Shown: positions 48,647 to 57,656, numbered from the stretch's first letter. The stretch: DNA of 64,000 nt from an uncultured Gammaproteobacteria bacterium (GCA_964568885.1 CAZMSF010000001.1:5217-69216), one strand, 5' to 3'. The notes: a model not told the origin generated them from the letters alone. Translations and numbers: made by a program.

Positions 48647-49012
48647 TTAGTTTCTGTTCCAGTCTCCTCCTCCGCGTCTGTCGTCTCTTCCTCCTCTTCC
48701 TCCGCCTCCGCGTCTGTCAAATCCTCCTCTGTTTCCACCTCCAAAGCCTCCGCCTTGTGGTCTTTCTTCTCGTGGTCGTGCGACTGAAACAAAAATTGTT
48801 CTGTCTCCCAAAGCCGACTTGTCAAGAGCAGTAATTGCTTCCTGAGCTTTTGCGTCGTCTTCAAGTTCTACGAACCCAAATCCTTTGCTTCTGCCGGTAT
48901 CCCGGTCAGTGATAAGGGTAGCTGAAAGAACAGCTCCGTAATCTGCAAATAATGTTTTAAGTTCGTCTTCTGTTGTTTGATAAGGTAAATTTCCAATATA
49001 AAGTTTTGTCAT
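48647..49012 (-). CDS. RRM-domain RNA-binding protein with RGG tail
   Basis: RNP2 LYIGNL, RNP1 KGFGFVE, Gly/Arg tail. Confidence 0.95.
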   Translation of the reverse strand: MTKLYIGNLPYQTTEDELKTLFADYGAVLSATLITDRDTGRSKGFGFVELEDDAKAQEAITALDKSALGDRTIFVSVARPREERPQGGGFGGGNRGGFDRRGGGGRGGRDDRRGGGDWNRN

Positions 49013-49322
49013 TAATATTTCACCACCTTTCTATTTGGGATTAAATGTAGATTTGTATCAATAGTTATCTGGGGCTAAATGCGGCTTTCTTCCTCTTAGC
49101 TATTTGTATTATAGCATAAAATCGGTTTTGCAACAGAAAAAGTCTTGTAGGATTTTGCCTGTACATTTTGTACTCAATTTTTTACCTCAAAAAAGTACGT
49201 GAAGCGTCAAAGTTTTCATGATGTAGAAAGACATAGTGTATATAGTTTTTATATAGTTGACAGTAAGAAGGGGGGACATTATGATGGGATTAGTTTTGGG
49301 CTGCCTTACTAAACAACCCCGT

Positions 49323-49922
49323 TTATCGGGGTTGTTTTTTTGACAACACCAATGACCAGGCAAATGGATGTTTGCTTTTTACGACAGTTAGTCCATTTTT
49401 CTTAAGAAACGCTTCAAATCCCCAAAAGGTCCAGTGATTGATGTGTTCCGGGTGATTACCAAAACTTTTCAGATATTTTCCTCTCAAAAAATTGGCCATG
49501 ATAAAAAAGGGTTCATTCGGGACTGAAAAAATGATATATTTTGAAGTTACTCGCCTCATTTCCGCAACCGCCTTTGCCGGATTTTCCAAGTGTTCCAAAA
49601 CCTCGGTACAAATTACCAGGTCAAAAGAATTATCGGGATACTTAAGATCGTACACGTCACCTTTTGAAAGATTCAATTCGGGATAAATTTTTCTTCCTAT
49701 TTTTATCGCATCCGAAGAGTAGTCTATTCCTTCGTTTTTCTTTCCGATTTTTTTCTCCTCCAGCTTTTTAAGAGTAAATCCTTCTCCGCATCCTACGTCC
49801 AATATAGATACCGCCCGTAATGGCTTCACTATTTTGAAAAATTCCTTATAAAAATTCCCGATTAACGCTTTTTGAATAGGATTGGTATTCGCGTGTTTTT
49901 TATAATTGGTAGTAGTTGCCAC
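49323..49922 (-). CDS. Class I SAM-dependent methyltransferase
   Basis: ILDVGCGEG, EVLEHL. Confidence 0.9.
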   Translation of the reverse strand: MATTTNYKKHANTNPIQKALIGNFYKEFFKIVKPLRAVSILDVGCGEGFTLKKLEEKKIGKKNEGIDYSSDAIKIGRKIYPELNLSKGDVYDLKYPDNSFDLVICTEVLEHLENPAKAVAEMRRVTSKYIIFSVPNEPFFIMANFLRGKYLKSFGNHPEHINHWTFWGFEAFLKKNGLTVVKSKHPFAWSLVLSKKQPR

Positions 49923-49987
49923 AGGTCTCTATTATCGTAGACGGCTCATTCCTTTTCAAGACCAATATTGTGTATACTGAAAAATGC

Positions 49988-50962
49988 ATGAAAATCGTCG
50001 GTAAATTCGTCCTGTGGTTTGTAATATTACTTGTTGGAAGCAATTTTGTACTGGCCGCAATTACTTATAGCCATAACGCGCACTTCTCCTCCTTGAGTTC
50101 AATAATCTCTCCACTCCCCCAAATTTTGACAAACGCTTTTGCCCACAAAGCCAATGCGAGCGATTTTTGGCAACCCAGTTTGCACGCTTTTCAAACGAGC
50201 CAAAAAAAGCCGGAATTGACTTCACGAGCAGCCATTTCTTACGATACTTCGACAGACACACTCCTCTATTCGAAGAATATTGACGAAAAACTACCTATTG
50301 CGTCTCTCACTAAAATCATGACTGCAGTGATAGCTCTTGAAAATATGAGTCTCACGGATAAAATAACGGTTTCAAAATCGGCCGCGACAGTAGGAGAGGA
50401 TTCTATGGGGCTCTCGGAAGGCGAAACGCTCACGCTTGAGGACTTGCTGCACGGCCTCATCCTTAATTCGGGAAATGATGCAGCAGAAAGTATAGCTCAA
50501 GGAAGCAAATTCAAGCGGGATGATTTTTTGCATCTTATGAATAAAAAAGCCGAAGACCTGGGACTAACAAACACCCGCTTCTCCAATCCATCAGGCCTTC
50601 AGGGGGACGGGGTGCAGTACAGTACCGTAAAAGAACTTCTTGTTTTGACCCGGTATGCTCTCCAAAAAGAAGAATTTAGAAAAATTGCGGCAACCTATGA
50701 ATACGATATTCCCCAAACTCCCGAGCACAAAGCATTTACTCTTTACAATGAAACAAATCTTCTGACAACCTATCCCGGAGTCAAAGGGGTAAAGACGGGC
50801 TTTACGGATGAGGCCGGAATGTGTCTCGTGACATACCTTGACTATCAAGGGCACAAAATAATTGCGGTGTTGTTAAATAGCGGCAACAGACGGCAGGAGA
50901 TGATGGAACTGTTAGACTATAGCCTCAAAAGTCTCGGTGTGAACCCGCCTTCCCACGGATAG
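49988..50962 (+). CDS. D-alanyl-D-alanine carboxypeptidase (S11)
   Basis: ASLTK, SGN, KTG motifs. Confidence 0.9.
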   Translation: MKIVGKFVLWFVILLVGSNFVLAAITYSHNAHFSSLSSIISPLPQILTNAFAHKANASDFWQPSLHAFQTSQKKPELTSRAAISYDTSTDTLLYSKNIDEKLPIASLTKIMTAVIALENMSLTDKITVSKSAATVGEDSMGLSEGETLTLEDLLHGLILNSGNDAAESIAQGSKFKRDDFLHLMNKKAEDLGLTNTRFSNPSGLQGDGVQYSTVKELLVLTRYALQKEEFRKIAATYEYDIPQTPEHKAFTLYNETNLLTTYPGVKGVKTGFTDEAGMCLVTYLDYQGHKIIAVLLNSGNRRQEMMELLDYSLKSLGVNPPSHG

Positions 50963-51058
50963 TTTGTGTTTGAGGCGTGTTTGCTTCGCACCATTTTTTC
51001 GCTTCGCTTCAAAATCGAGCGGTCTGCCGTGAAACTGGCAGCGAGGACCGCTTGTTTG

Positions 51059-51139
51059 TGCCTGAGGCGGGACTCGAACCCGCATGACTTGCGCCACACG
51101 CTCTTAAGGCGTGCGTGTATACCATTCCACCACTCAGGC
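51059..51139 (-). tRNA. tRNA-Leu(TAA)
   Basis: GCCTGAGTGGTGGAATGGTATACACGCACGCC-TTAAGA-GCGTG, long variable arm, GGTTCGAGTCC. Confidence 0.95.
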
Positions 51140-51182
51140 GTTTTTTTATTTTAATGCACCTCAAGTTCAAACACAAGGTGAC

Positions 51183-51758
51183 TCAGCGGATATTGTGCTT
51201 CAAAAAGTCGATTATTTGTGCATGGTGAGAATAGAAAATCCACATATTAAGAAGAACCAGTCCCGGAAAGACAATACCTTTCTCAATTATTCCCCCGGTA
51301 TGAAACCGCAATACCTTGAGAGGTGGAATTCCGATGTGAAGTGGTATCGGAAATAGCCAGGGAACCCCGTCGTGGGTGAAGGTGTCCGTCACCAAATGAG
51401 AAACAACCCCTATCATAAAGGCCCACCAGACGATATTCATATCAACTATAAGAACACCTGAGATAAGCATCAAAAACAGCTTTGATAAAACCCCAAAAAG
51501 AATTATGCCCAATATTGAGTGGGAAATGAATCTGTGTCCTCCAAAAAGCGGTGAAATAAATTTACCAAATAGAGTCCCGAGCGTCATTCTATGCCACAAC
51601 GCGCCGGTTGGCTGATCGATATCGGGGGTAAGACCGCCTATCATATTCGCAGAAAATGCAACAAAAGCCGTTGCCAAAGACATATGAGAGATAGGCTGGG
51701 TTGCAACTATAAATGACACGGCGGTGAATGCGGCTAAATCATGTGTTCTTCCTGTCAT
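51183..51758 (-). CDS. Metal-dependent membrane hydrolase (YdjM family)
   Basis: TH, PDID, GHR..SHS, SH...D.FT..G. Confidence 0.85.
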   Translation of the reverse strand: MTGRTHDLAAFTAVSFIVATQPISHMSLATAFVAFSANMIGGLTPDIDQPTGALWHRMTLGTLFGKFISPLFGGHRFISHSILGIILFGVLSKLFLMLISGVLIVDMNIVWWAFMIGVVSHLVTDTFTHDGVPWLFPIPLHIGIPPLKVLRFHTGGIIEKGIVFPGLVLLNMWIFYSHHAQIIDFLKHNIR

Positions 51759-52645
51759 TTGAGGTTTTTACTGAAAAAATCACCTACCGTTTGCTTGTAT
51801 AACTCGGGATTCGTCTTGAATGTTTCCACATGTTTTGCGCCGGGAAAAAGAACTCTCTGTCCTTTATCAACAAGGGTAAGCAAATCGGCACTGTTTTGGG
51901 GAGGAATAAGTGTGTCATTCTCTCCGTGCAAAAAAAGCAACGGCGTCTCTTTCAATGGGGATATGTAATCCACCGGCCGCACAACATCTACATCGATTCT
52001 GTATAACGTTTTTGCTGCAAAATAAATACCCGGGTGAAGAAAAAGAGGTACATTATGCTCTTTTAACATAATATCCGACACAATCGGCCGGACAACGGTA
52101 GCAGGACTATCAAGCACAATCCCACCTGCTGCCTTCACGTCGTTTGAGGCCATTATTGTTGCGATTGCACCTAATGAATCACTGATAATTCCGATGCTTT
52201 GCGGCTTATATTCTTGTCCTACAAGATATTCAAAAGCTCCCGCAACGTCATTTCTTTCATATTGTCCAAAACTTATCCGCGAATATTGGGACTCCCCTGT
52301 CCCTCGAAGGTCAAAAAGTAAAATTGTATATCCCAAATCAAGAAAATATTTCGCTATCTCAGGTGTTCCATATACTTCATTTGCACGATTCATGTTCCCC
52401 GCACCGTGTACAAACATGATAGCCTTGCCATTGGTCCCCGGGAAGAACCAGCCTGCAAGCTGCAGGTTGTCTTTTGAGCGGAAAACTACATCGGCTCCCC
52501 GTCCGATATTTGCCTTGTCATAGGTGACGGGACTTTTGCCGGGGACGGTCAAAACAGAGGCTATATAGATACTTACACCAATGTATGCAATAACTGCAAG
52601 AAGTATAAGTCCTGCAATAATTTGAAATAGCCGGATGCCAAACAT
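51755..52645 (-). CDS. Membrane-anchored alpha/beta hydrolase
   Basis: FVHG, D.RG.GES, SDSLG nucleophile elbow, HG..D, A.H. Confidence 0.85.
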   Translation of the reverse strand: MFGIRLFQIIAGLILLAVIAYIGVSIYIASVLTVPGKSPVTYDKANIGRGADVVFRSKDNLQLAGWFFPGTNGKAIMFVHGAGNMNRANEVYGTPEIAKYFLDLGYTILLFDLRGTGESQYSRISFGQYERNDVAGAFEYLVGQEYKPQSIGIISDSLGAIATIMASNDVKAAGGIVLDSPATVVRPIVSDIMLKEHNVPLFLHPGIYFAAKTLYRIDVDVVRPVDYISPLKETPLLFLHGENDTLIPPQNSADLLTLVDKGQRVLFPGAKHVETFKTNPELYKQTVGDFFSKNLK

Positions 52646-52675
52646 TTTTTAAGTGTAGCAGAAAACTGAAAACTA

Positions 52676-52774
52676 TTACCAGTCCTTGCGAGAAGCAGAG
52701 CTTGCAGGCTCGATTGCTACCAATCATTTTTGTAAGCAAAGCTTGCAAAAAACCCTTACCAGTCTTTTTTGTAG
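52676..52774 (+). repeat. Two hairpin micro-elements with degenerate copies of the rarA 3' end
   Basis: TTACCAGTC..AAGCAGAGCTTGC..TACCAATCATTTTTGTAAGCAAAGCTTGCAAAAA..TTACCAGTCTTTTTTGTAG. Confidence 0.85.
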
Positions 52775-53955
52775 TACTTTTTTCCTTGAAGTTCTTTGGG
52801 AAGGTATTCCTGGTCTACTTTTTTCCCTTCCTTTTCTTCTTTCCATGCGTACCGCACATGTCCTTCACCGTACCCTAAATTTTTCATTACTTTGTTTGAA
52901 GCATTTCTCAAGTGCATGGGAATCGTAGGCAAATTCTCCATTTCAACGTCAGCCAGAGCCTGGAAAATTCCTGTTGTTGAAGCTATGCTCTTTTTTGCGG
53001 TCGCAAGTAAGGTCGCTGTCTGGGCCAAAATGAGCTGAGCCTCGGGAAGTCCTATCATATGAACCGCTTGCATCGCGCTTGTGGCAACCACCAGCGCCGT
53101 CGGCTGGGCGTTCCCGATATCCTCCGAGGCAAATACCACCATGCGCCGGGCTATAAACATCGGGTCTTCCCCCGCTTTTAACATCCGTGCCAAATAATGA
53201 AGCGTCGCATCCGGGTCATTCCCACGCATGCTTTTGATAAAGGCAGAAATTGTATCGTAATGGTAATCTCCTTTTTTGTCATAATAAACTGCTCTTCGTT
53301 GCATTGCATCCTCGGCTGTTTTTAGATCTAGCTTTTTAGATAAGGAAACCGCAACTTCAATTGCATTTATCGCAAATCTGGCATCCCCATTTGAATATTT
53401 AACTATGTGAGAAATTGCCTCGTCCGTTGCTCTTGCCTTTGGAAAAAGAGACAGTGCCCGCCTTACTACCTTTTCAATGTCAATATCTTCAAGCGGCTTT
53501 AAGACAAAAAGCTGCGAACGGGATAAGAGCGGCGCATTTACCCGAAAACCCGGATTTTCCGTCGTCGCCCCAATAAGAAGTATCGTTCCGTTTTCAACGT
53601 GAGGCAAGAATGCATCCTGTTGAGCCTTATTGAAACGGTGAATTTCGTCCACAAAAAGAACAGTCATTTTCCCTTTTTCTTCCTTTATGGCTTGAGCATG
53701 TTTTATGACGTTTCGAACGTCGGCAACGCCCGATGTTACGGCAGAGAAAAAAATGAACTCTGCATCAATTGAATTTGCAATGACGGTTGCCAGAGTTGTC
53801 TTTCCGCATCCCGGTGGTCCCCAAAATATCATGGAAAAAACTTGCCCACGCTCTATCATCGTGCGGATTGGTTTTCCTTTTCCTACCAAATGCTCTTGTC
53901 CTATGAACTCATCCAACGTTTTGGGGCGCATTCTCTCTGCCAGAGGTATTTGCAT
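52756..53955 (-). CDS. rarA: Replication-associated recombination protein A (AAA+)
   Basis: PLAERMRP, GPPGCGKTT, DEIHRFNK.QQD, SAFIKS.RG.DPDA. Confidence 0.95.
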   Translation of the reverse strand: MQIPLAERMRPKTLDEFIGQEHLVGKGKPIRTMIERGQVFSMIFWGPPGCGKTTLATVIANSIDAEFIFFSAVTSGVADVRNVIKHAQAIKEEKGKMTVLFVDEIHRFNKAQQDAFLPHVENGTILLIGATTENPGFRVNAPLLSRSQLFVLKPLEDIDIEKVVRRALSLFPKARATDEAISHIVKYSNGDARFAINAIEVAVSLSKKLDLKTAEDAMQRRAVYYDKKGDYHYDTISAFIKSMRGNDPDATLHYLARMLKAGEDPMFIARRMVVFASEDIGNAQPTALVVATSAMQAVHMIGLPEAQLILAQTATLLATAKKSIASTTGIFQALADVEMENLPTIPMHLRNASNKVMKNLGYGEGHVRYAWKEEKEGKKVDQEYLPKELQGKKYYKKDW

Positions 53956-54012
53956 GAGTCTATTCTAACACTTCAAAACAACCCATTTGTTTTGTAAAAT
54001 AGACAAACATAA

Positions 54013-54095
54013 AGAAGTTAGGGCCCGTAGTTCACCGGTAAGCAAAGCTTGCCGCTGCACTCGGGTCAGAAGTTAGGGCCCGTAGTTCACCGGTA
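54013..54095 (+). repeat. 28-bp duplication of tRNA-Ala leader and 5' end around GTAAGCAAAGCTTGC
   Basis: AGAAGTTAGGGCCCGTAGTTCACCGGTA at 54013-54040 and 54068-54095. Confidence 0.9.
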
Positions 54096-54146
54096 GAATG
54101 CATCCATGGCATGGATGAGAAAGGAGTTCGATTCTCCTCGGGTCCA
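54076..54146 (+). tRNA. tRNA-Ala(GGC)
   Basis: GGGCCCG acceptor with G3:U70, CATCC-ATGGCAT-GGATG anticodon arm, GTTCGATTC. Confidence 0.95.
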
Positions 54147-54276
54147 CAACAAAGTGAAAAGGTGAGCTTGTTGCGAGCAACCGGCTGCGCCGGAACGAAT
54201 CCCCTAAGGTCCACACCAGGAAAGGCTGTTGTTTGCAGCAACTGACTGCGTCAGAACGATTCTCCTCGGGTCCACA
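54129..54276 (+). repeat. Three copies of the tRNA-Ala 3' end separated by twin-hairpin spacers
   Basis: CGATTCTCCTCGGGTCCACA, CGAATCCCCTAAGGTCCACA, CGATTCTCCTCGGGTCCACA. Confidence 0.85.
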
Positions 54277-54331
54277 GTACCCTTTTTGATACGTATTGAC
54301 AACGCGGCCTTCCGGTGGCATAGTAAGGAAA

Positions 54332-54829
54332 ATGGAAAACAACGAAACAACTCCCTCAAAGAAAGGCATGTCTCCCATGATGATTGGCGGAATCGTTATT
54401 CTTATTATTGTTGTTATCGGTGCAATTGTCTTTATGACAAAGGGAGGCTCTAAATCGACCTCTGAAACGACCAATACCCCCAGTTCTGCACCGACGCAAG
54501 CGACTCAACAGGCACCTGCCGAGGGAAGCGCAATGGAAGAAAAGAAAGAAGGAGCCGTAAAAACTTTCACCATTGAGGCATCTAGCTTTAAATTCTCACC
54601 AAATACAATGACAGTTAATGAGGGAGATATGGTAAAAATTACTTTCAAAAACACCCAAGGGTTTCATGACTTTGCTCTCGATGAATTCAACGTCAAATCA
54701 AAGACTATTTCTGCCGGTCAGACCGAGGAAATACAATTTGTTGCAAGCAAAAAGGGATCCTTTGAATTCTATTGCTCTGTTGGTAATCACAGAGCCATGG
54801 GGATGACCGGGACACTCACCGTTAACTAA
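54332..54829 (+). CDS. Membrane-anchored cupredoxin-domain protein
   Basis: H.F, F.F.C.VGNH...GM.G.L.V copper ligands. Confidence 0.9.
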   Translation: MENNETTPSKKGMSPMMIGGIVILIIVVIGAIVFMTKGGSKSTSETTNTPSSAPTQATQQAPAEGSAMEEKKEGAVKTFTIEASSFKFSPNTMTVNEGDMVKITFKNTQGFHDFALDEFNVKSKTISAGQTEEIQFVASKKGSFEFYCSVGNHRAMGMTGTLTVN

Positions 54830-54894
54830 TGATGACGGCAAGCTTTGCTTACCGCTAGTTGACCATGTGGCAAGCTTTGCTCACCGTTAACTAA
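54815..54894 (-). repeat. Two hairpin micro-elements between duplicated cupredoxin 3' ends
   Basis: CTCACCGTTAACTAA at 54815 and 54880; GCAAGCTTTGCT(T/C)AC at 54838 and 54870. Confidence 0.9.
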
Positions 54895-54898
54895 CCTT

Positions 54899-55822
54899 CT
54901 ATTTTGTTTTCATTCTTTCGCTGACTACTTGAGTTAACATTTGCACTTTGTTGTAAACCACTTCAAAAACTGTCCGTTTCTTACAAATTTCGTTAAGAGC
55001 AGCCGTATCTTCGCTGCTTGGTTGTAAAACTGTCGTTGTTTGAGGGTACATTATCGAATTTTCATTATCAATGTGATCAAGACCCAGAGCATGGCCGAAT
55101 TCGTGGGTCAAAGTATGCAAAAATTCATCCTTCGAAATGTCTATATAAATACTGATTTTTCGCTTTGCTCCTTCCTGTTCATAAAGTCCCTCCTCAGGCC
55201 GGAATTGCAGAACCTGCTTGTAATTGTCTATTGTTTGATTCAGTTTCTGAGCGTTTAGGTTGTATTCTTGAGTAGATTGCCCCAAACTTTGTGCCTCCTC
55301 GTTGAGGCTTTTGGCCTCGACCTGCAGCTCTCTTTGAGAGGAGACCAGCTTGTCATATTCCTCTTTTGGAGCCCCTCCGCGGCTATTCCAATACTGAATC
55401 TGCTGATTTAACTGATTTACTTTTACTTCAAAATCTTCTTGCTTTTTCTTGAAAGCGGCAATCTTCGGATCGATATCCCCTTGTTTTTGCTTCAAATCGC
55501 TATTGAGTTGAGTAATTTCGCTTGTGAGAGCTTGCCTTGAGTCATACACCATATTGATAGTAAAGGTGGAATTCGAGTCATAAACGAACAGTTGTTTGTT
55601 TTGGGTCGTATTCCAAATATTGGCCGCAGCTTTTGCATCCGTCAAAAGCTCATCCGAGGTAACATTGAACCGTGAGTCAATTGAACCGATAGAATAGGCT
55701 ATTGATGTATCGCACGGAGAATAATAGACAACTTTTTCCATAAGGGCTTTCCCCTGTGGGGTAAACACTACAAAAAAAGCAATCAAAAACACTAAAGCGG
55801 CAATTATCCAAATTCGCTTCAT
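54899..55822 (-). CDS. Matrixin/M10-family metalloprotease with inserted coiled coil
   Basis: HEFGHALGLDH, SIM.P Met-turn. Confidence 0.9.
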   Translation of the reverse strand: MKRIWIIAALVFLIAFFVVFTPQGKALMEKVVYYSPCDTSIAYSIGSIDSRFNVTSDELLTDAKAAANIWNTTQNKQLFVYDSNSTFTINMVYDSRQALTSEITQLNSDLKQKQGDIDPKIAAFKKKQEDFEVKVNQLNQQIQYWNSRGGAPKEEYDKLVSSQRELQVEAKSLNEEAQSLGQSTQEYNLNAQKLNQTIDNYKQVLQFRPEEGLYEQEGAKRKISIYIDISKDEFLHTLTHEFGHALGLDHIDNENSIMYPQTTTVLQPSSEDTAALNEICKKRTVFEVVYNKVQMLTQVVSERMKTK

Positions 55823-55859
55823 AATAGAATTGTAGTAGAGTCTAGACGTGGTTTCAAAT

Positions 55860-56645
55860 TTAAGGATGAATATTGAATATCTTTTCGATAACAAAAAGCG
55901 CAATAAAAATTGTTAAGACGCCCATAAGCAAAGAGAGAGTTTCTCTTATTGCCAATCCTTTTTTGTTCTCGTGGTGAATTTCGGGGATAAGATCTGAAAG
56001 GGATATGTATAAAAAGAAACCCGATGTCAGAGAAAGAAAAATCACAGAAAGGCTTTCAATCCTGCTTCCATAATAGTAGGCAAGTACTGCGCCCAAAAAA
56101 GAAGCCAATGCGCTGACGATATTGACCGTCAACACCTTTTTTCTACTCATTTTATTTTTCAACATTACCCCAAAATCACCAATTTCTTGTGGTATTTCGT
56201 GGGCTCCAACTGCAAATGTCGTAATAATTCCAAGAGGAACATTTGCGATAAAAGTTGCGGCTATGGCGACTCCGTCAATAAAATTGTGTATGGTGTCTCC
56301 AATAATCATAAGAGGAACAATTGGTTTTCCCTTAATCTCGTGCTCCTCAAAACTATGATGATGAAACCAATGAAGAAATCTCTCTAAAATGAAAAAAAAC
56401 AAAGCTCCGGATAAAGTCCAAGAAAACACAAAAGAGTTATCAATATGAAGTTGTCTTGCTAAATCCAAAGATTCGGGAAGCAAATCAAAGAATACTGTCC
56501 CAAGAAGTGTCCCTGCTGCAAACGAAGAAAGTATGTGGGATATTCTATAAGCATAGTCCTGTTTAAAAAGTAAAAACACCCCACCCATCAATGAAATGAC
56601 GCTTCCCAAAAAATTGAATAGTAGAATTAAAAAAAATGTATTCAT
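55860..56645 (-). CDS. ZIP-family zinc transporter
   Basis: His-rich loop, HNF.DG, HE.PQE.GDF, L.PE. Confidence 0.95.
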   Translation of the reverse strand: MNTFFLILLFNFLGSVISLMGGVFLLFKQDYAYRISHILSSFAAGTLLGTVFFDLLPESLDLARQLHIDNSFVFSWTLSGALFFFILERFLHWFHHHSFEEHEIKGKPIVPLMIIGDTIHNFIDGVAIAATFIANVPLGIITTFAVGAHEIPQEIGDFGVMLKNKMSRKKVLTVNIVSALASFLGAVLAYYYGSRIESLSVIFLSLTSGFFLYISLSDLIPEIHHENKKGLAIRETLSLLMGVLTIFIALFVIEKIFNIHP

Positions 56646-57049
56646 TGACAATCACGGCACATCCCGTAAAATTCAAGAGAATGGTTTTCTACCCGAAAAC
56701 CTGTACTTTCATTAATTTCTTTTTCAAGCCTTTTTATATTGCACCTTGAAACGTCTTCAATCCTCCCGCAGTTTTTACAAATTGCGTGATGATGTTCCTC
56801 CCGCTTTGCTTCATAAAAGAATTTCTTTTCCTGGAATTGTAACCGTGAAATCAAATCCTTTTGAATAAAGTTCTCAATTATGCGGTAAATTGTTGCCTGA
56901 TCCGCATCGACTCTTCTTTTTGAGATAAGGTCCCAAATGGAAGCGATATCTAAGGGTTTTTGTGCTTCAGTAAGAACATTTAAAACCGCTAACCTGGCCG
57001 GGGTGACCCGAAGCCCTTTATTTCTTATTAAATCTTTCTGAATACTCAT
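56642..57049 (-). CDS. Fur/Zur-family regulator
   Basis: T..R..VL, ATIYR, HHH..C..CG, G.C..C; coupled to ZIP. Confidence 0.9.
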   Translation of the reverse strand: MSIQKDLIRNKGLRVTPARLAVLNVLTEAQKPLDIASIWDLISKRRVDADQATIYRIIENFIQKDLISRLQFQEKKFFYEAKREEHHHAICKNCGRIEDVSRCNIKRLEKEINESTGFRVENHSLEFYGMCRDCQ

Positions 57050-57055
57050 GCAACA

Positions 57056-57084
57056 AGTATATGCAAATAGTTCGCATTTGTCAA
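57056..57084 (-). promoter_or_regulatory. Leaderless sigma70 promoter with putative Zur box
   Basis: TTGACA-17-TATACT-6nt-ATG; spacer holds the imperfect palindrome ATGCAAATAGTTCGCAT. Confidence 0.7.
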
Positions 57085-57101
57085 ATGTGAGGGTTTTCAC
57101 A

Positions 57102-57131
57102 CATTAACAGACCATTTCTGGTCTGTTAATG
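57102..57131. terminator. Hairpin/terminator downstream of small protein gene
   Basis: CATTAACAGACCA-TTTC-TGGTCTGTTAATG perfect 13-bp stem. Confidence 0.6.
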
Positions 57132-57200
57132 ATATTTGTAGCGTATATATTCATATACGCTGGTTGTTTAAAAACGCTATTAGCGTAGTTCAGGCTCTGC

Positions 57201-57377
57201 CTATGCAGAGACTGAATCGTATGCGTCTTTAGAAACAAATCGGGTCAGATTTCTTCCGTCAGAGGTTTTTCCCTTTACAGCGTATTTTGTCTGTCCTTTA
57301 ACTTGGTATGTGGTTTTTTCGGTAACTTCTGCCTCGATTTTGCTTCTTGTTTTTACATCGTAGAATTGCATCTTCAT
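57201..57377 (-). CDS. 58-aa basic protein, CC1/DUF5679-like (absent from ORF track)
   Basis: MKMQFYDVKTRSKIEAEVTEKTTYQVKGQTKYAVKGKTSDGRNLTRFVSKDAYDSVSA*, SD AAAGGAGGTGA, downstream hairpins. Confidence 0.8.
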   Translation of the reverse strand: MKMQFYDVKTRSKIEAEVTEKTTYQVKGQTKYAVKGKTSDGRNLTRFVSKDAYDSVSA

Positions 57378-57656
57378 ATTTTAAGTCACCTCCTTTACGA
57401 GTAAGATAGTTCAATTTAAGAATTTTAAACTGAAATACGTTCAAATAGCAAAAATTTGAACTTAATTAGGTTCAAATTTAATGCTCTTGAGCGTACCTTA
57501 CTAATATGCACGTTCAAAGTCCGTTTGTCAAGTACTATTTGAACCTAATTTGGAATATTGATATATTGTGTACTATTCTGAGATACTGCCGGTTGTGCTT
57601 GTGTTTGAGTTTGGCGGAAGGTAAAATAGATGGACGAAAGTGAACTGCGTTCTCTC

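Noticed and set aside
48655-48760. CCT/CCTCT-rich repeats and alternative acidic ORF 48613-48864
   Set aside because: Explained by the RGG/Gly-rich tail of the RRM protein.
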